A stretch of DNA of 56,120 nucleotides from NCBI GenBank assembly GCA_003427395.1, contig BFEA01000034.1, positions 2,991,755-3,047,874 of the forward strand. The letters run 5' to 3'. A program made the translations under genes and the position numbers. The number at the start of each line of letters is the position of its first letter. Position 1 is the stretch's first letter. Of this stretch, positions 35,041 to 47,228 are shown piece after piece. Under the pieces are notes generated by a model. It saw only the letters and a list, made by a program, of their open reading frames with translations, ran no database searches and had not been told where the DNA came from. The stretch comes from Chara braunii. Taxonomy: Eukaryota; Plantae; Charophyceae.

Positions 35041-37387
35041 GGCGCGACATTGACGACGGGGAGGTGCTGTCGGTTTTGCTGCACAGTGCCACTGTTCTTT
35101 TTAATGTGAGTGTGGGAAGGTGCTGCTCGATCAGCGGCGCAGCACGACAGTGTATCCGGTGAGGTCATGCTGCCGAAATTCGCGGTAGCATCGACTTTTG
35201 GGGTTATGCTGTCGGGTTGACGGCACGTCGGCGGCACTATTATGAGGGAAAATGCTGCGGGTCTTTTTCGTCGCAATAGAGGCGGTTTTCTTGTGTGTGA
35301 TCTCGCGGTGGTACTGCGGGGCAGCCATGGTACCGGTTGATGGGGTGACATGTGGTGGTCCGCCGTTATGTGTTTTGGGGCACCGGTGCATATTTGGGAC
35401 TGCGCAGTGGTACGTGGGCCGGCGGCATGAAGAGATCGCGGAGTGAATGCACGTAGCACTGGCTATTGGAGTTGCAGCGCTTGCGGTTTGCGCCGGAAGG
35501 ACATCCTTATTTTTTTTTGGCTCGCGAGACATGCGGTTTGGACCAGGGCCACCTTTATTTTTTTTTGCGGCGCACAGTGCAAGCGGTTTGGAGTTTTGAA
35601 CCACCCAGTATTGTGGCGTTGGTGTGGGACTGCCTTGGGACCATCTGGGACCGTTTTGGGACTAGGTAGGATTAGTTGTTGTGATCGGGACCGGCATGTT
35701 GGTGTGGCTATTGTGAGCGGACATGGTGATTGGAGGTGGTGTGGACTTGCGGTTGGTTGGGTAATAAATTTGGAGGTTATGGTGAAGTTGGGACATTAGC
35801 ACCATGTGAAAACTCATTTGTGGGAATACCCTCCTGGAGGGTTATCTCGCGTGAGTATTTTGTGTGGTCAGCCTTTTGCTTAAAAGAGCATTTGGAGGAG
35901 AGATGGACCATCGTTCAGTAGAACAACTACGAGTTGTGGAGTTGTGAGTCGCACATTCTACGACGACTATTTTCTTTTGATTGGAATATTACTCAGACTT
36001 TCTTGGGTGGGCCGGATCAAACTTCACTCAAGGTTAGTTGAATGACTCTGATTTCTCTTCACACTTGTGTTCACACTTGTGTGAACCCACACTTTGCTTG
36101 ACCCTGTTCAATTGAATGTTCATTGAAAAGGCCGAGGAAATGTGTGTTTGCATGTGAATTGTGAAGTCTGACTTGAGTATAGGATTGTATTGGTTTTCTC
36201 TTGAACTTGTTGTCTTTGCATGTTGCGCAGGTAGGTAGAAGGATGCTTGCAAAAAAGATTGATTATGTCTATTTGAGATAAAGAAAAGGATTATGCCTGC
36301 TTCTACCTTCCACCTGCCTGCTCGTCAAAATAACTTGTTGTTTTGAAAAATGTTATTTAGTTTGTGTCGTAGAATGAATTCGATTGAAATAAAGCAGAAT
36401 AAGGTCAGACGGACTTAGTCGTCTCCAAAGGAAAGACCGCTTCTATCCCGAACGACTTTATTTACCCATACCTGTCCAAATGATTCTCGTTTTTTACCTT
36501 TCCTGAATTCTTTTCGTCTAAGTTACCTTGGACTCAGAAGAAATGCAAAATATATGAAAGCTACTCGCAGTGGACACATCCTTTATCTCTAGGAAGCATC
36601 TGGGGCGGGGGTTCGTTGCTTCAGGAGCCGACCCTGTTATCGACCCAGAGTGAACCGTTCTACGGGGGGGTACTTTGCCGATTCGGTGAAGACGGCCCGA
36701 CTTCTGAGATTCGAGTCTTGTGCTCGGGTGAGGCCAAGAAGATTGAGAAAGTATGAAGACAGTTGTGGGCGTGCGAATCTTAGGTCGGCGGTAGGCTGAA
36801 ATGAATGACTTTGGCAGCGCGTCTCATCAGGTCAAAACTAAGGCAGACAGACTACCTTGTCGATTGCATCAATGTATTATCGGAAGCCAACTCGTTGTTG
36901 GCGGTTATATGGTTGTTTTGTGGGGTTCGACCCGGGGAGGTCGTACTTTATTTCGATCTTGGTTTATTGAATGTATCTAATGATGATTTGGATTTCTTCA
37001 GTTATTTTTCTGAACTGAATGTACATTCTTATCGACTACGGTTGATGTAATTATATATGGATGTTTTAATGTTCTTTTGACAGTGTGTCTGAGGGACTAG
37101 GAAGATTGAGTTTCACGCTTGGTTGAGACCGTCCTAGTCGACCGGCGTCCGCTTCGTACCCAGGAGATCAACGCCCTAGGAACGAATGACATTCGGATTC
37201 GCTTGGCGTTAACCAAGCGTATCTATACTACAACGATCGAGCAAACGCCCTCGGCTGACCTACCTCTGCAATTGCATCTAAAAGCTTTCGCACGTGGGTC
37301 AGTAGCTTGGTAGGGATACGCCCCTAAGGGTGGTGACAACCCCTTAGGTAAGGAAAGCTTATGCCCCGCGGGAACCTAGGACCGCGG

Positions 37388-37410
37388 GATGTACAGTTGG
37401 CGCAACCGGC
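37388..37410 (+). other. Possible LTR 3' end plus primer binding site
   Basis: ...gatgtACA(37395) gt TGGCGCAACCGGC: CA terminus, 2-nt spacer, TGG-initiated tract; LTR start and downstream gag not identified. Confidence 0.35.
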
Positions 37411-37918
37411 TAGAGCGGCGAAAGGACGACGCAACCGCGGCCGTCTCGACGGCTCGTGGGATTAGTTAGGCGTCATTCCCAAGTTGTCTCTTGGTTTTGT
37501 TTTGTTTATCTCCTGCGTGACATGGTCGGGAGGGCTCCCGCACTTTGCAAAAAGGTGGGAGCCGATGCGCTCGACACCGCAACCCATAATTGTTGGACCA
37601 CAGACCTGAATTTGAATCCAGAGCATATATTGCTGGCCTGCTTGTTTTAAACTCGAAATTTGATGAATGTCTATGCTAAAAAAGGGGACCCTTACTGTTT
37701 TTTTACTGGGGCCCCTTCAGAAAAGAAACCGGATTCAATGAGTTGTGGCCCCAATTCTTTTTTTTCTGCGCATTTACAATTTTCAGACAGGAGGGGCACG
37801 TGTGGCTACCACAGCCTGCCTTTTCCAAATTTTTTAGTCAACCCTAATTATTGGGGTGCGCGGTCGTGCGCCGCATCACATGCGCACGTGTGCGCTGTGC
37901 GCCGCACATGCGGTACAA

Positions 37919-39244
37919 TGTAAAAGATCTATGTGACCACACAAGGTTTTCCAATGCCGCTTTCCTAGTCGGGGTGTGTACGTTGGGTGGTGATTGCGGG
38001 CGAGGCTTGCCTACGTGTCAAGCAAAGCTTAGAATTGGGGTTGGACGATCACAGTCTTGTTCTGCTGTCTTTGCTTCTCCGTGAGGCGTTACTCAAACCC
38101 CTGTTCACGGGAACACTCGCTACGTCTACAGTCTGAGCACAACGAGGGGCTATGGTGGGCCAGGGAATCACAGTAAGCTCATTATATGGCAACAATCTCG
38201 TCTGGGTGCCACAGTTGCTTTGAGACCAGATGGGAAATCTCACAGGGAGAGGGGGTAACACAAAGAGTACTAGGTCTAAGGTTGGTCCCCCCTTGTGTAC
38301 GTCTCGAGTCACAAGGGTAAGGCTGTCTCATCTGGGATGACTCGGATGAGTGTGTTGGGAGGGGTACAGGGACCTTGTAGTAGGTAGGATTGAATGGTTC
38401 AGGATGCTTAAACCACCAGTACTCCCTAGAGTCATGCGCGTTAATGCGCCACGATTTTAGGAAACGTACAGGCTACTACAGGAGTGCTCAAATTCACCCA
38501 ACTAGGAACGTTTCTACTCCTGTCAAGTACTGGTGGTTTAAGGGATAAGTTCACTGCTCGAGGCGACCTGCGAAGACTGCATGGGTGGTTGGGAAATCAC
38601 CATAGGTGAGAAATACTACTTAGGTAGTTTGGGTCTGTCGGATGACCAGCAAATGCGAGTCGATGCTGTCTCATGGACTAGGACCACCTGGCTGGCTGGT
38701 CGTCTCTAGGCAGTGTGTAGACATTGGGGTGATCTCATAGGCCCCATCATTAGGGTCCTGAGCTTGCCCATCTCCAGGGACCATACAAGGGTGGGCTATG
38801 GGACAGGGATAAGAGTTGGAGAGACTAGTAGAGGGGATACTGATCAAGTATGGCTTGGTTGGGACTGTACCGAGCCTGTCTCCCAATTAGTAGGTAGGAT
38901 AGAAGGATTGGGGTAGTGTACATTAGTAGGGGAGAGATGGGCCCTATACTCCCGACCAAGGGGGGATCAGTTTGGGATATGCTGGTCAATGAGTGAGGGA
39001 CAAAGCTGCATAGAGTAGGCCCGGAATATACCTAGTTGAGATTGGAGCTGTGGGGGCAGAATCCAATCTTGTAGTGGCAAGCTGGTAGGTGTGGAAGGGA
39101 TACGACTTGCAATAGGGCTCAGGCCTGTAAAGCCCTTAGGGGTCTCCGTCTATCAGAGGACCTACTACGTAGTGTGTGGTCACTCTGAGCTTCGAGTAGT
39201 TGAATTCCGGAGAGTTGTCCTGCGCATGATACCCGGCCTCTACA
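37919..39244. mobile_element. Solo LTR (1326 bp)
   Basis: TGTA...TACA termini with ACAA duplicated at 37915-37918 and 39245-39248; non-coding interior. Confidence 0.7.
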
Positions 39245-41931
39245 ACAACCTGGGCGTTTATCAAAAAAAGAAAAAAGAAAATACTAAAAAAAATACACTC
39301 AAGCATAAACGGCAAGTGCGTTACCCCACTCTCGTATATGTGGCATTTGTGCCAACATCCACCAATCAAACCACATATGAACGGGTGTCGACAGTCCATT
39401 GCTGCACACCCGACACTCACCCTAGTGGCCGTCACTCCGTCAATCCAGCCACCGTGCAGATTCGATCACATGCTGCAGTCCTTCGCAGCTATGTGTCGAT
39501 CTCGCCTGGCCACGACTGACCAGTCAAGACTTCCCGACCCGCTAATCATCCAACTTGCTAACCACTCCTTTCGAGCTGGCTTACAACCATGAGATAATCA
39601 CGCTTGCGAGCTTTAAAGCTGCGAATATGGGGAAACTTGCATGCACACAGAGAGGAAGAGAGGAGGAGAGGGTGGGGGTTAATGGTGAAGCATCATGAAG
39701 GCTCGAGAACAGAACCGCGGCGTGGGGGACACAGCCGCTCGCCACGCAGCGATCCAAGCTCTACGACCATTCTATCTTGCCAAGACCTCAGGGATGAAGC
39801 AGATAGAAGCAGGAAATGAATTCAAGAAAGATGGCACAAAAAGAAATAAAGATCAGGGGGAGCAAGGAGAGGAGGGAGGCGCAAGGATGAGGAAGAAGAC
39901 AGTTACGGTTGTCGAAATGAAATGCAGAGAGAGAGAGATAAAATGCTCAAATACGTGCAAGAGAAAGATAGCGCACATGCGAGATCACAAAAGCTAGTTG
40001 CAAGGAGACGAAAAGCCGAAAAGGTGGTTGCACGAGGCGTAGCCGAAAAACCAGTTGAGCGCCTAATTCTTGAGTAAATTCAAATTTAGATTTAAGAAAC
40101 AAAATTGGGTGCGCTCGGCAAGGCATGCGAATCTGAAGACACTGCCCCGCCAGCAAAACCCAAAATTATGAAACAGGCTAACTCCAAGGATTGGCACTCT
40201 CACACGGGCAGTCCTATGGCGCCCTACGGGTTGGAAACACGTGAGCGCCAAGTGGCGGCTGGGCATGACGCAGGCAGTCTCAGCGTGGCGGCGCCTTTAG
40301 GAAGAGTATTGGAAGATATCGGCGATGGGGTGGGACGACTGTGAAGGAGGGAGGAGGGGGTGAGGTGGGGAGGGATGGTTGGGTTAGGGCGACCTACAGT
40401 GGTCTTGGTTGGAGAGATCTTCAAGGGAAGAGGCAGGGCTGGGTGGCCACGGTTGCAGATAGGGCGAGTTTATACGTTGTTTCGGAGCAGTAGTTGGGTG
40501 AGTTGCCATGGAGGTGAAGTGGTTTGTCCTTGTTCTTCTCCTTCTCTGACCTTGGGCTATTCTCCTCTTCCTTCTGTTATTTCGTTCGCAGTTATGGATC
40601 GTGGTTCATGGTTTCCTCCTCTGGACTACAAGTAAGGAATCATCGTGGTGATGAAGTCGAGATCGGACAACGGGAGGGCAGGAGGATGGAGCGTGACTCG
40701 AGGTTGCCTGCCTTTTGAAAGCACTCTGGTGCCATCTCCAGCTTTGTGCTTCATCCAGCGGTGTTACAGGTTAGCACGTTGGGTGAAGGGGAACTTGCCT
40801 TTGAGAGGAGGTGGGTCTCTTTGATAAGTCCGGCCTTCTTATGGCCTTCGCTCCTTGGTCTGCATAGTGTTGTGGTAGGTGGTTGGTATGACGTGGGCGG
40901 AAAGGAGGAGCGCATTCTTACGTGGAGCGGGAGGAGGATTGGGGGTGATATCGAGTGCGTTGAGTTCATTTTTTTTGTATACATCTCTGTCATCTGCGAC
41001 ACTCTCGCTGGTCATTTCAACGAAATATATCGTGATCATGATGGTGATCCGGTGATTCTGTAAAGACTCTCGAAGGAGTGGCGGAGATGATAATTCAAAT
41101 TCGAGCTCCTTTTTCTATTGAAATTTCTAATTCGTAATTCCTAATTCTAGGTTTCTGAAATATGAAAAGCATATAGTATTAATATATATTCTTGTTCTAA
41201 TCTAGTACTTACACAATTATAAATTGAGTTTCTCAAATTTGGAAAAATAATCTCACAATCTTATCCTCTATTTCCTGATCAGCCAAATTCTCACCTATAT
41301 GTACACACATATCCTTGAAATTCGACTATAATTTTTAAAAGTCCCAAGTGAAGTATTCTCATCTACATGTACACACATACATACACATCTATTATCCATT
41401 CTGAATCTTGAGCACAATTGGTAGGGATCTGTTCTATAATTATGTAAACTGGAATTTCGACTACAATTTCTGAAGTCCAAAGTAAAGTTCTATCATGATC
41501 TTCTAATCTTGGAACCCGAAAACTTTGGAATCCTAGTATTATAGCTATAAGTTTTGAAGATCCTCTCCGATAATTAGTTCTTTGCTTCTCTTAAATTGGT
41601 CATACATGCACATGGTGGGAGCTGCATATTTTTGAAGAGGCCTTGCTTTTGCAAATTGCGATCGACATTTTGGTAAGTGTGTCATCAATAACTGTAGTTT
41701 GTCTGGATTGGATCGTTCCCTGGAGGGCTGAAAGGTAAGAAGGAGGTGGGGGGAGCTCTACCTTGCAGGGGCATCATAAGGTGGGGGGTGAATGTCTTAA
41801 AGAGGGTAGGGGCGGGGTAGGGGGTTGCCCTATTCTGGGGCAGGGGCTGGTGTGTGGGTCAACGTCAGTCCCAGCGGAGGCAGAAATGGGCAAGGGGTGG
41901 GGGGGCATACTTAGGTGGCTAAGGTGGGAAC

Positions 41932-41967
41932 CTGTCTCTTATACACATCTAGATGTGTATAAGAGAC

Positions 41968-41969
<2 letters not shown>
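41932..41969. other. Nextera mate-pair junction adapter (assembly artefact)
   Basis: Complete 38-bp CTGTCTCTTATACACATCTAGATGTGTATAAGAGACAG next to a (GA)n run. Confidence 0.98.
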
Positions 41970-42019
<50 letters not shown>

Positions 42020-42706
42020 NCTATATTGGGGCCGAGGGAGAGTGGGTGACTCACCTCGGCGGAGGCAGTGTAGGACTGAGGGGGGAGGGGTAGGGGGAGG
42101 GAGGGGCGATCTCTCTCGAAGAATTCTAACATCCAGTTTAGTATTTATTTCCATTTCTCTCTATTTGGTTTACCCCTCGAGGAGGTTGTAGGAATAGGGC
42201 TATCTGGCAATTCATCTGTGATCCTGCGAAGGGTGGTCGAAAATTCGGTGGCCCTAGAAGACCGATGCTGGAGCAACGCTGGCTGGAGCCGGCGCCAGGT
42301 GGCGCAACTCTGTGACCTAGCTTAGTGGGGGCGTGAGGCCTGGTAAAGAGATCTGGGGGGCTGTTTGCGGGGGCAGTCTCAGTGGTCATCGGGGGTTGTA
42401 ACTGGAGCAATGCTGGCCGGCGCTGGAGCAAGGTGGTGCAACTCTGTAACCTAACCTGATGGGAGCATGAGGCCTGGAAGAGCTTCGGTTCGTGCTGAAA
42501 ACAGCCATGCTGGAGGTGGTCGTAGGTGGATTGAGTAGGTTTCACCTATCTGATTCGTGGTTGGGAGGCTTTTTGACACACATATTCTAGTGACTTGGTA
42601 GAGTTTTGAGTAGTTGCCATGAATGTTTCTGAGTTTTTGCTTTATCCATGGTTTGTTGGTTTTGGTTGCCAATGGGGGTCTTAAGAATGATTTAAGATTC
42701 TGGGGA

Positions 42707-43582
42707 GGAGGAGGAAGTTGCAAGACAGAGGCTTTTAATCTGCAAAAATAGATCATGTACTCGGGAGCTAGTAGGCGGAGGGAGGAATTAGCAGGTAGCA
42801 GCAAGATCTGGCGCCGGGTTCAGGGTGAAGAGATTCCTCCCCTTTCCTCCTTCCTGCTCAGTCAATCCCCTGGACTCCAGGGTAATCAATGCTGACAGGA
42901 ATCTCCCACATTCGTTCTGATTGTTTTCTGATATGGCTCAAACTCTTTTTTTTTTTTTTTTTTTTTGAACAGGCCCCCTTGTACAAGGCCTCTATCCTGG
43001 TGGTGGTAAGAGAACCACCGGGATTGAGGCTTTGCCTGGCGGGCCGCTCCATCTATTGGTGGGGAGCCTCACCTGCTGGGAACCGGGCCCAGCGTCTCAT
43101 GAATACATCTGATTGAAACAGTACATCACGCCATATGGCTGGAAACCGGGTCCAGCATCCCATATCTAACCTGTTTCTTCCCACTTAACCTGCAGCACCG
43201 TTGGGTACTGGGGGGAGACCCACCGGGGGGCACCAGTGGAATCTCCCTCCCTCCCCTAGCTCCTGCCGCCCTCCTACTATCCTCATGGCGTCCAGCGTCC
43301 TCTAAACAGTCTGACACCATAGTGCTGAGAACCGAGTCAGAAATTATACCAATGGGCCAGAAAAGTAGAATGTCCACACACTAGATTGTCTGAGAAGGAA
43401 CTGACAAGGGCTGAAAAAAAAGAAAAAAAAAGAAAAGAAAGATATGGCTCAAACTCATTTTGTAAAAGGGACGCTGGACCCGTTTTCCAGCAGGTGATGG
43501 TCCCCACCAATAGATGAAGCCTCTCCCCAGGTGCTAGTGCTGGCTGCTCTTATCAGCACCACTAACAGTGGCAGGAGTGTTG

Positions 43583-43610
<28 letters not shown>
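42707..43610 (+). mobile_element. 5'-truncated poly(A) retroposon (LINE 3' end) containing a nested insert
   Basis: 13-bp TSD aagattctgggga at 42694-42706 and 43611-43623; long A tail from 43583; homologous to 46095-46309 once the insert is removed. Confidence 0.85.
42946..43440. mobile_element. Nested retroposed insert with poly(T) left end and A-rich right end
   Basis: 16-bp TSD gatatggctcaaactc at 42930-42945 and 43441-43456. Confidence 0.85.
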
Positions 43611-43614
<4 letters not shown>

Positions 43615-44058
43615 TTCTGGGGACTTCTAGGCAACTCATCTTAGACGACTCCATTGCTGATATACTCAGTGATCTGCGGCTGTTCGATGCCAGAACGACG
43701 CTGGCCGGTGCTGGGGTGTTGCCCTGTAACCTGCTGATGCAGGAGTGTGAGGCCTGGTAGAGAGATCTGGGGATGCTTTTGGGGTGGGCATTCCAAGGGA
43801 CAACCAAGGGTTGCTGCTGGGATGACGCTGGCCGGAGCTGGGGCGAGTTGTGTTGCCCTGTAACCCAGCAGAGTGGGGGTGTGAGGCCTGGAAGAGCTCG
43901 GCAGGGAGTAAGACAGTGCTGGAGAGCTTTAGAAGGGTTGCTAGGGAAGGTTCGAGCATTTGTGGGACCTCTGTGGTGGCATGTTTTGTTGTGGGCAGAC
44001 CTTTTTTCTGTAGTTTGTCGTAGTAATTTTCTAAGTAGCTCAAAATTCTCTTGAAGTT

Positions 44059-44214
44059 CTGTCAGTCAAAGCCGGGTAATGACCCCGGTTTCTCAAACTT
44101 CCAAAATTCGATGTAAATTTCCATATGGGACGCTGGGCCCGGTTCCCAGCACGTCCTGCTCCCCACGAATAGATTGGAGCCTTGTCTCCCCCCCCCCCAA
44201 AAAAAAAAAAAAAA
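44059..44214 (+). mobile_element. Short LINE 3'-end fragment with poly(A)
   Basis: Conserved 3' motif at 44127-44180 followed by a C run and A16. Confidence 0.65.
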
Positions 44215-44349
44215 GGATGACCATGAATATTCTCCAAAATCCTGAAGTGCAAAAACGACAAAAGCAAACGGCTAGAGTACAACCCCTTTCTAACTGTCGA
44301 TGCAACGAAAAGGGGCGCAGAAAACAATGCGTCCAGGAAGAATAGTTCG

Positions 44350-44601
44350 CAGAGCTCTCTGGGGTTGCCCAGCCAGGTAGGCCAAACCCGACCGTGGCCC
44401 CATATTAACCGGCATGGTCTGGAGGCCAGGCCTGGTACTGGTGGTTTAAGAACCTACTAATGCCAGCCTTGGGAGCCAACGGACTATCTCTAGATGGTAA
44501 GGCACTGAGTGTGTCCGGGCATGTAAGTGAGACCAATTGGAGTTGAGCCCACAACCTCCTGCATGCCACTTAACTACCGAATATCTTCCCAGCCAAGTGG
44601 C
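44350..44601 (-). mobile_element. Diverged tRNA-derived SINE
   Basis: Minus strand CAGGAGGTTGTGGGCTCAACTCC (B-box region) and TACCATCTAGAGATAGTCCGTTGGCTCCCAAG match the SINE body. Confidence 0.65.
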
Positions 44602-45053
44602 TTTTTTTTTTTTTTTTTTTTTCAATTTACCCCCGTGTCCTTGCTAGTAGAGCTAACGGAAAACTATTTTTTTCTTGGATTTCTTTGTACTTCGTTGTTT
44701 GGAACAGTGTGCATGGTGTGCCACATGGGTGCATGTTGCAGAGTACTATGTTGTTGCACTAACATTGAATCATTATAGATCAATATTTTCTGACTAAACA
44801 TATGACTTAGAAGTTAGAATATGGTGAAAAGATCCATGGTGATAATGTCAATGGTACTAAAACATAATAATAACAATAATTTCATTGCAGACCTAATATA
44901 GTAATATACAGATTATAATTTATTCGTGAGGCGGATGCTGTAGAATGGCCCCGCGATGTAACCTTCCATAATTAAAAGGTGAATGGCAGAACAAAGGCAA
45001 TGGAGAACGGGAGCAGGAAGACGAGATAGCAAAAGCAGGACATTGAGGCTCAC

Positions 45054-45426
45054 CCGCGCTGCCAGTGTGGATTTCTTGGGTTTGCCAAAATACCGTCTGC
45101 CAGTGATTTTCAAAAAGTCTTCCTGGATGTCTTGTCGGGAGAGAACCACAGACAGCTTGGGCATCTTTTTCAGTGGCGGAGATGGCTCTTTCTCTCGCGC
45201 ATTTCTCTCTGCAACTCTCCTTGAGCGTTTTGCGACGCTGACAGAGAGTGTTTCTGCTTCTGTCTCTGCAGCCATAGTCCCTCCATGACTTGGACCACCT
45301 CCCCCTGCTCCTGCACCTGCACTGTTTGACACACCAACCCCGCCACTTCCTGTGCCCGTGGCAGAAGCACCCCCTCCAACTCCACGCCGACTAGCCTTCA
45401 TTTGTTGGGAGTCACAATAGCGAGTC
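45054..45426 (-). CDS. DUF1639-domain protein, main exon
   Basis: PKLSVVLSRQDIQEDFLKITGRRYFGKPKK matches the DUF1639 pattern (FSxxLSxxEIxEDFxxMTGxxPxRxPKKR); bounded by gacAG acceptor and GTGAGC donor. Confidence 0.85.
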
Positions 45427-45707
45427 CTGTCACACAACGAAAACGGTCATAAGATCATATAAGCAAAGCAGATGATATATATACAAGACAAAAGCAACAT
45501 TCTTGCACACATGCACCCACCCATGTAGTGAGTCCTGTCACACAACAAAAACGGTCAAAAGATCATAAAACCAAAGAAGCTGCTATATGCAACACAAAAG
45601 CAACATTCTTGGACACATGCACCCACCCATGTCCCCTCTCACCCCCCAAGACAAATAAGCGAACTTTTGGGCCAATTCAGAGAAAGAAGGGTGAGAAATG
45701 CACAAAC

Positions 45708-45740
45708 CTTTTGCCACCACAAGCAGGAGTGCAGGTGTGT
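45708..45740 (-). CDS. DUF1639 gene, predicted 33-bp micro-exon (HTCTPACGGK)
   Basis: tgtAG acceptor, AG/GTTTGT donor; phase 2-2, in frame with both neighbouring exons. Confidence 0.6.
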
Positions 45741-45826
45741 CTACACAGCACCAATATGTGAAAGAAATTAAGAGATGCCTGCCGAGGTGCCAATGTTTTT
45801 TATTTTTTTTTAACAGGTCCTTATGG

Positions 45827-46309
45827 CCTTCAGGCGAACCAGTCTGATATAGGGCGAAGTGGACCTTCAGGCATTCAGGGGAAAACCGGTCCTTCAGCAG
45901 CAGTGATTTGGCGCCTGGTCCAAGGCGAAGAGGTTTACGCCCTGCAGCTCAACATTCAGTGCAGACGATCTTCTGACGGAAGCTCTCATCTCCTGAAGAT
46001 AGCGTTCACCCTTTTGAAGACAGCATATATCTCAGTCAATTTCTACCACAGCTGGCAGGTCTTTTCCTGGTCCCTTTTTTATCTCTGCCAATGACCTGCT
46101 CAGTCAATCCCCTGGAGTCCAGGGTTATCAATGCTGGCAGGGACCCTCAATTTTTTTTCTGATTTCAATCTGTATACGGGACGCTGGACCCGTTTTCCAG
46201 CAGGTGACGCTCCCCACCAATAGATGGAGCCTCTCCCCGACTGGTAGTGGTGTCTACACCACTACCATCGGCGGGGGTGTTAAAATTTAAAAAAATTAAA
46301 TAAAAAAAA
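45827..46309 (+). mobile_element. 5'-truncated LINE 3' end nested in an oppositely oriented related 3' end (about 45796-46500)
   Basis: 12-bp TSD aggtccttatgg at 45815-45826 and 46310-46321; A-rich tail; host has a T run at 45796 and the same motif on minus at about 46437-46483. Confidence 0.85.
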
Positions 46310-46537
46310 AGGTCCTTATGGTCCTGGGTCCATTTCCATTCTGGGGAGCGTCAGTCCGGTTCCTATTCCCCTGGCAAGTCAGAAAAAGTACATCGTGTGA
46401 CCCACTCAATGCTTCCTTCCGTCTGCCCGAAGGAACCCTGACCAGCATTGATTACTCCTTCTAGGGAGGATTGACTGTCAGCTTGCCCAACCCAATTGTT
46501 CCTCTCAGGCTTCTAATCGGAGTCTGTCAAATGAGTC

Positions 46538-47009
46538 CTGCGGGCCGAGCTCAGTTGGTAAGGCACAGAAGTTGCATTCAGGAGGTCGTGGGTTCAATCC
46601 CCATTGGCCTCATGGACGTGCCTGGGCAAGCTTGGTGTTCTACCAGCTAGAGATAACCCGTTGGCCCCCCAAGCCAGCATTGGCAGGACCTTGGCTGATG
46701 TTGTTGGCTGCTATGCAGCGACAATATTGGCCATTAGACACCGCCATGTGGGGTTGGGGGGGGGGGTAGGGGGAGGTGCAGTGACTGGCCATTGCTCCGC
46801 GCTAGCACCGCCGATTTCCCCCATCGGCAATGCCTGCCCACCCCTCGTCACCGTGATGAGGGACTGGTACAGCCTTGCTCTCGCACCACAGCTGTGGTGG
46901 GTTGGTCGGTGCCCCCCCGTACTATAAATAGACTAGTGAGAGGATGAGATAGATGCGTACTACCAAGAAAAGACAAAGAATATGAGATAGATGAGAGAAG
47001 AATATAGCT
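46538..47009 (+). mobile_element. tRNA-derived SINE
   Basis: AGCTCAGTTGG and GGTTCAATCCC boxes; near-identical to 48385-48838. Confidence 0.9.
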
Positions 47010-47228
47010 NCAGCGCAGTGGATGTATCTGGTCCTGAAACTAGTTCGGATGCGTGTCGGACCTGCCCACGGTCATTTGCAGATGCATCCACGGTCGCCCA
47101 TAAAAATAAAAATAAAAAAAAAATGCACTTCCCTCCTGCTCTCTGCGGTGGGCGAAGTCACTTGGTGGGATCGTCAACAAATGCCCTGTGGTGTCTGCCT
47201 TTTCCCAAAACGTCCTTATTGCTGACCC

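Noticed and set aside
39250-41700. Genes or a defined element in this interval
   Set aside because: Only short ORFs without motifs and no termini I could support.
46178-46230. HDV-like or twister ribozyme assignment for motif 2
   Set aside because: Could not fit the P1/P1.1/P3/L3 topology or twister conserved residues; kept as an unclassified structure.
46542-46612. Functional tRNA genes at the SINE heads
   Set aside because: Anticodon and acceptor stems pair poorly, and each head is fused to the same repeat body.
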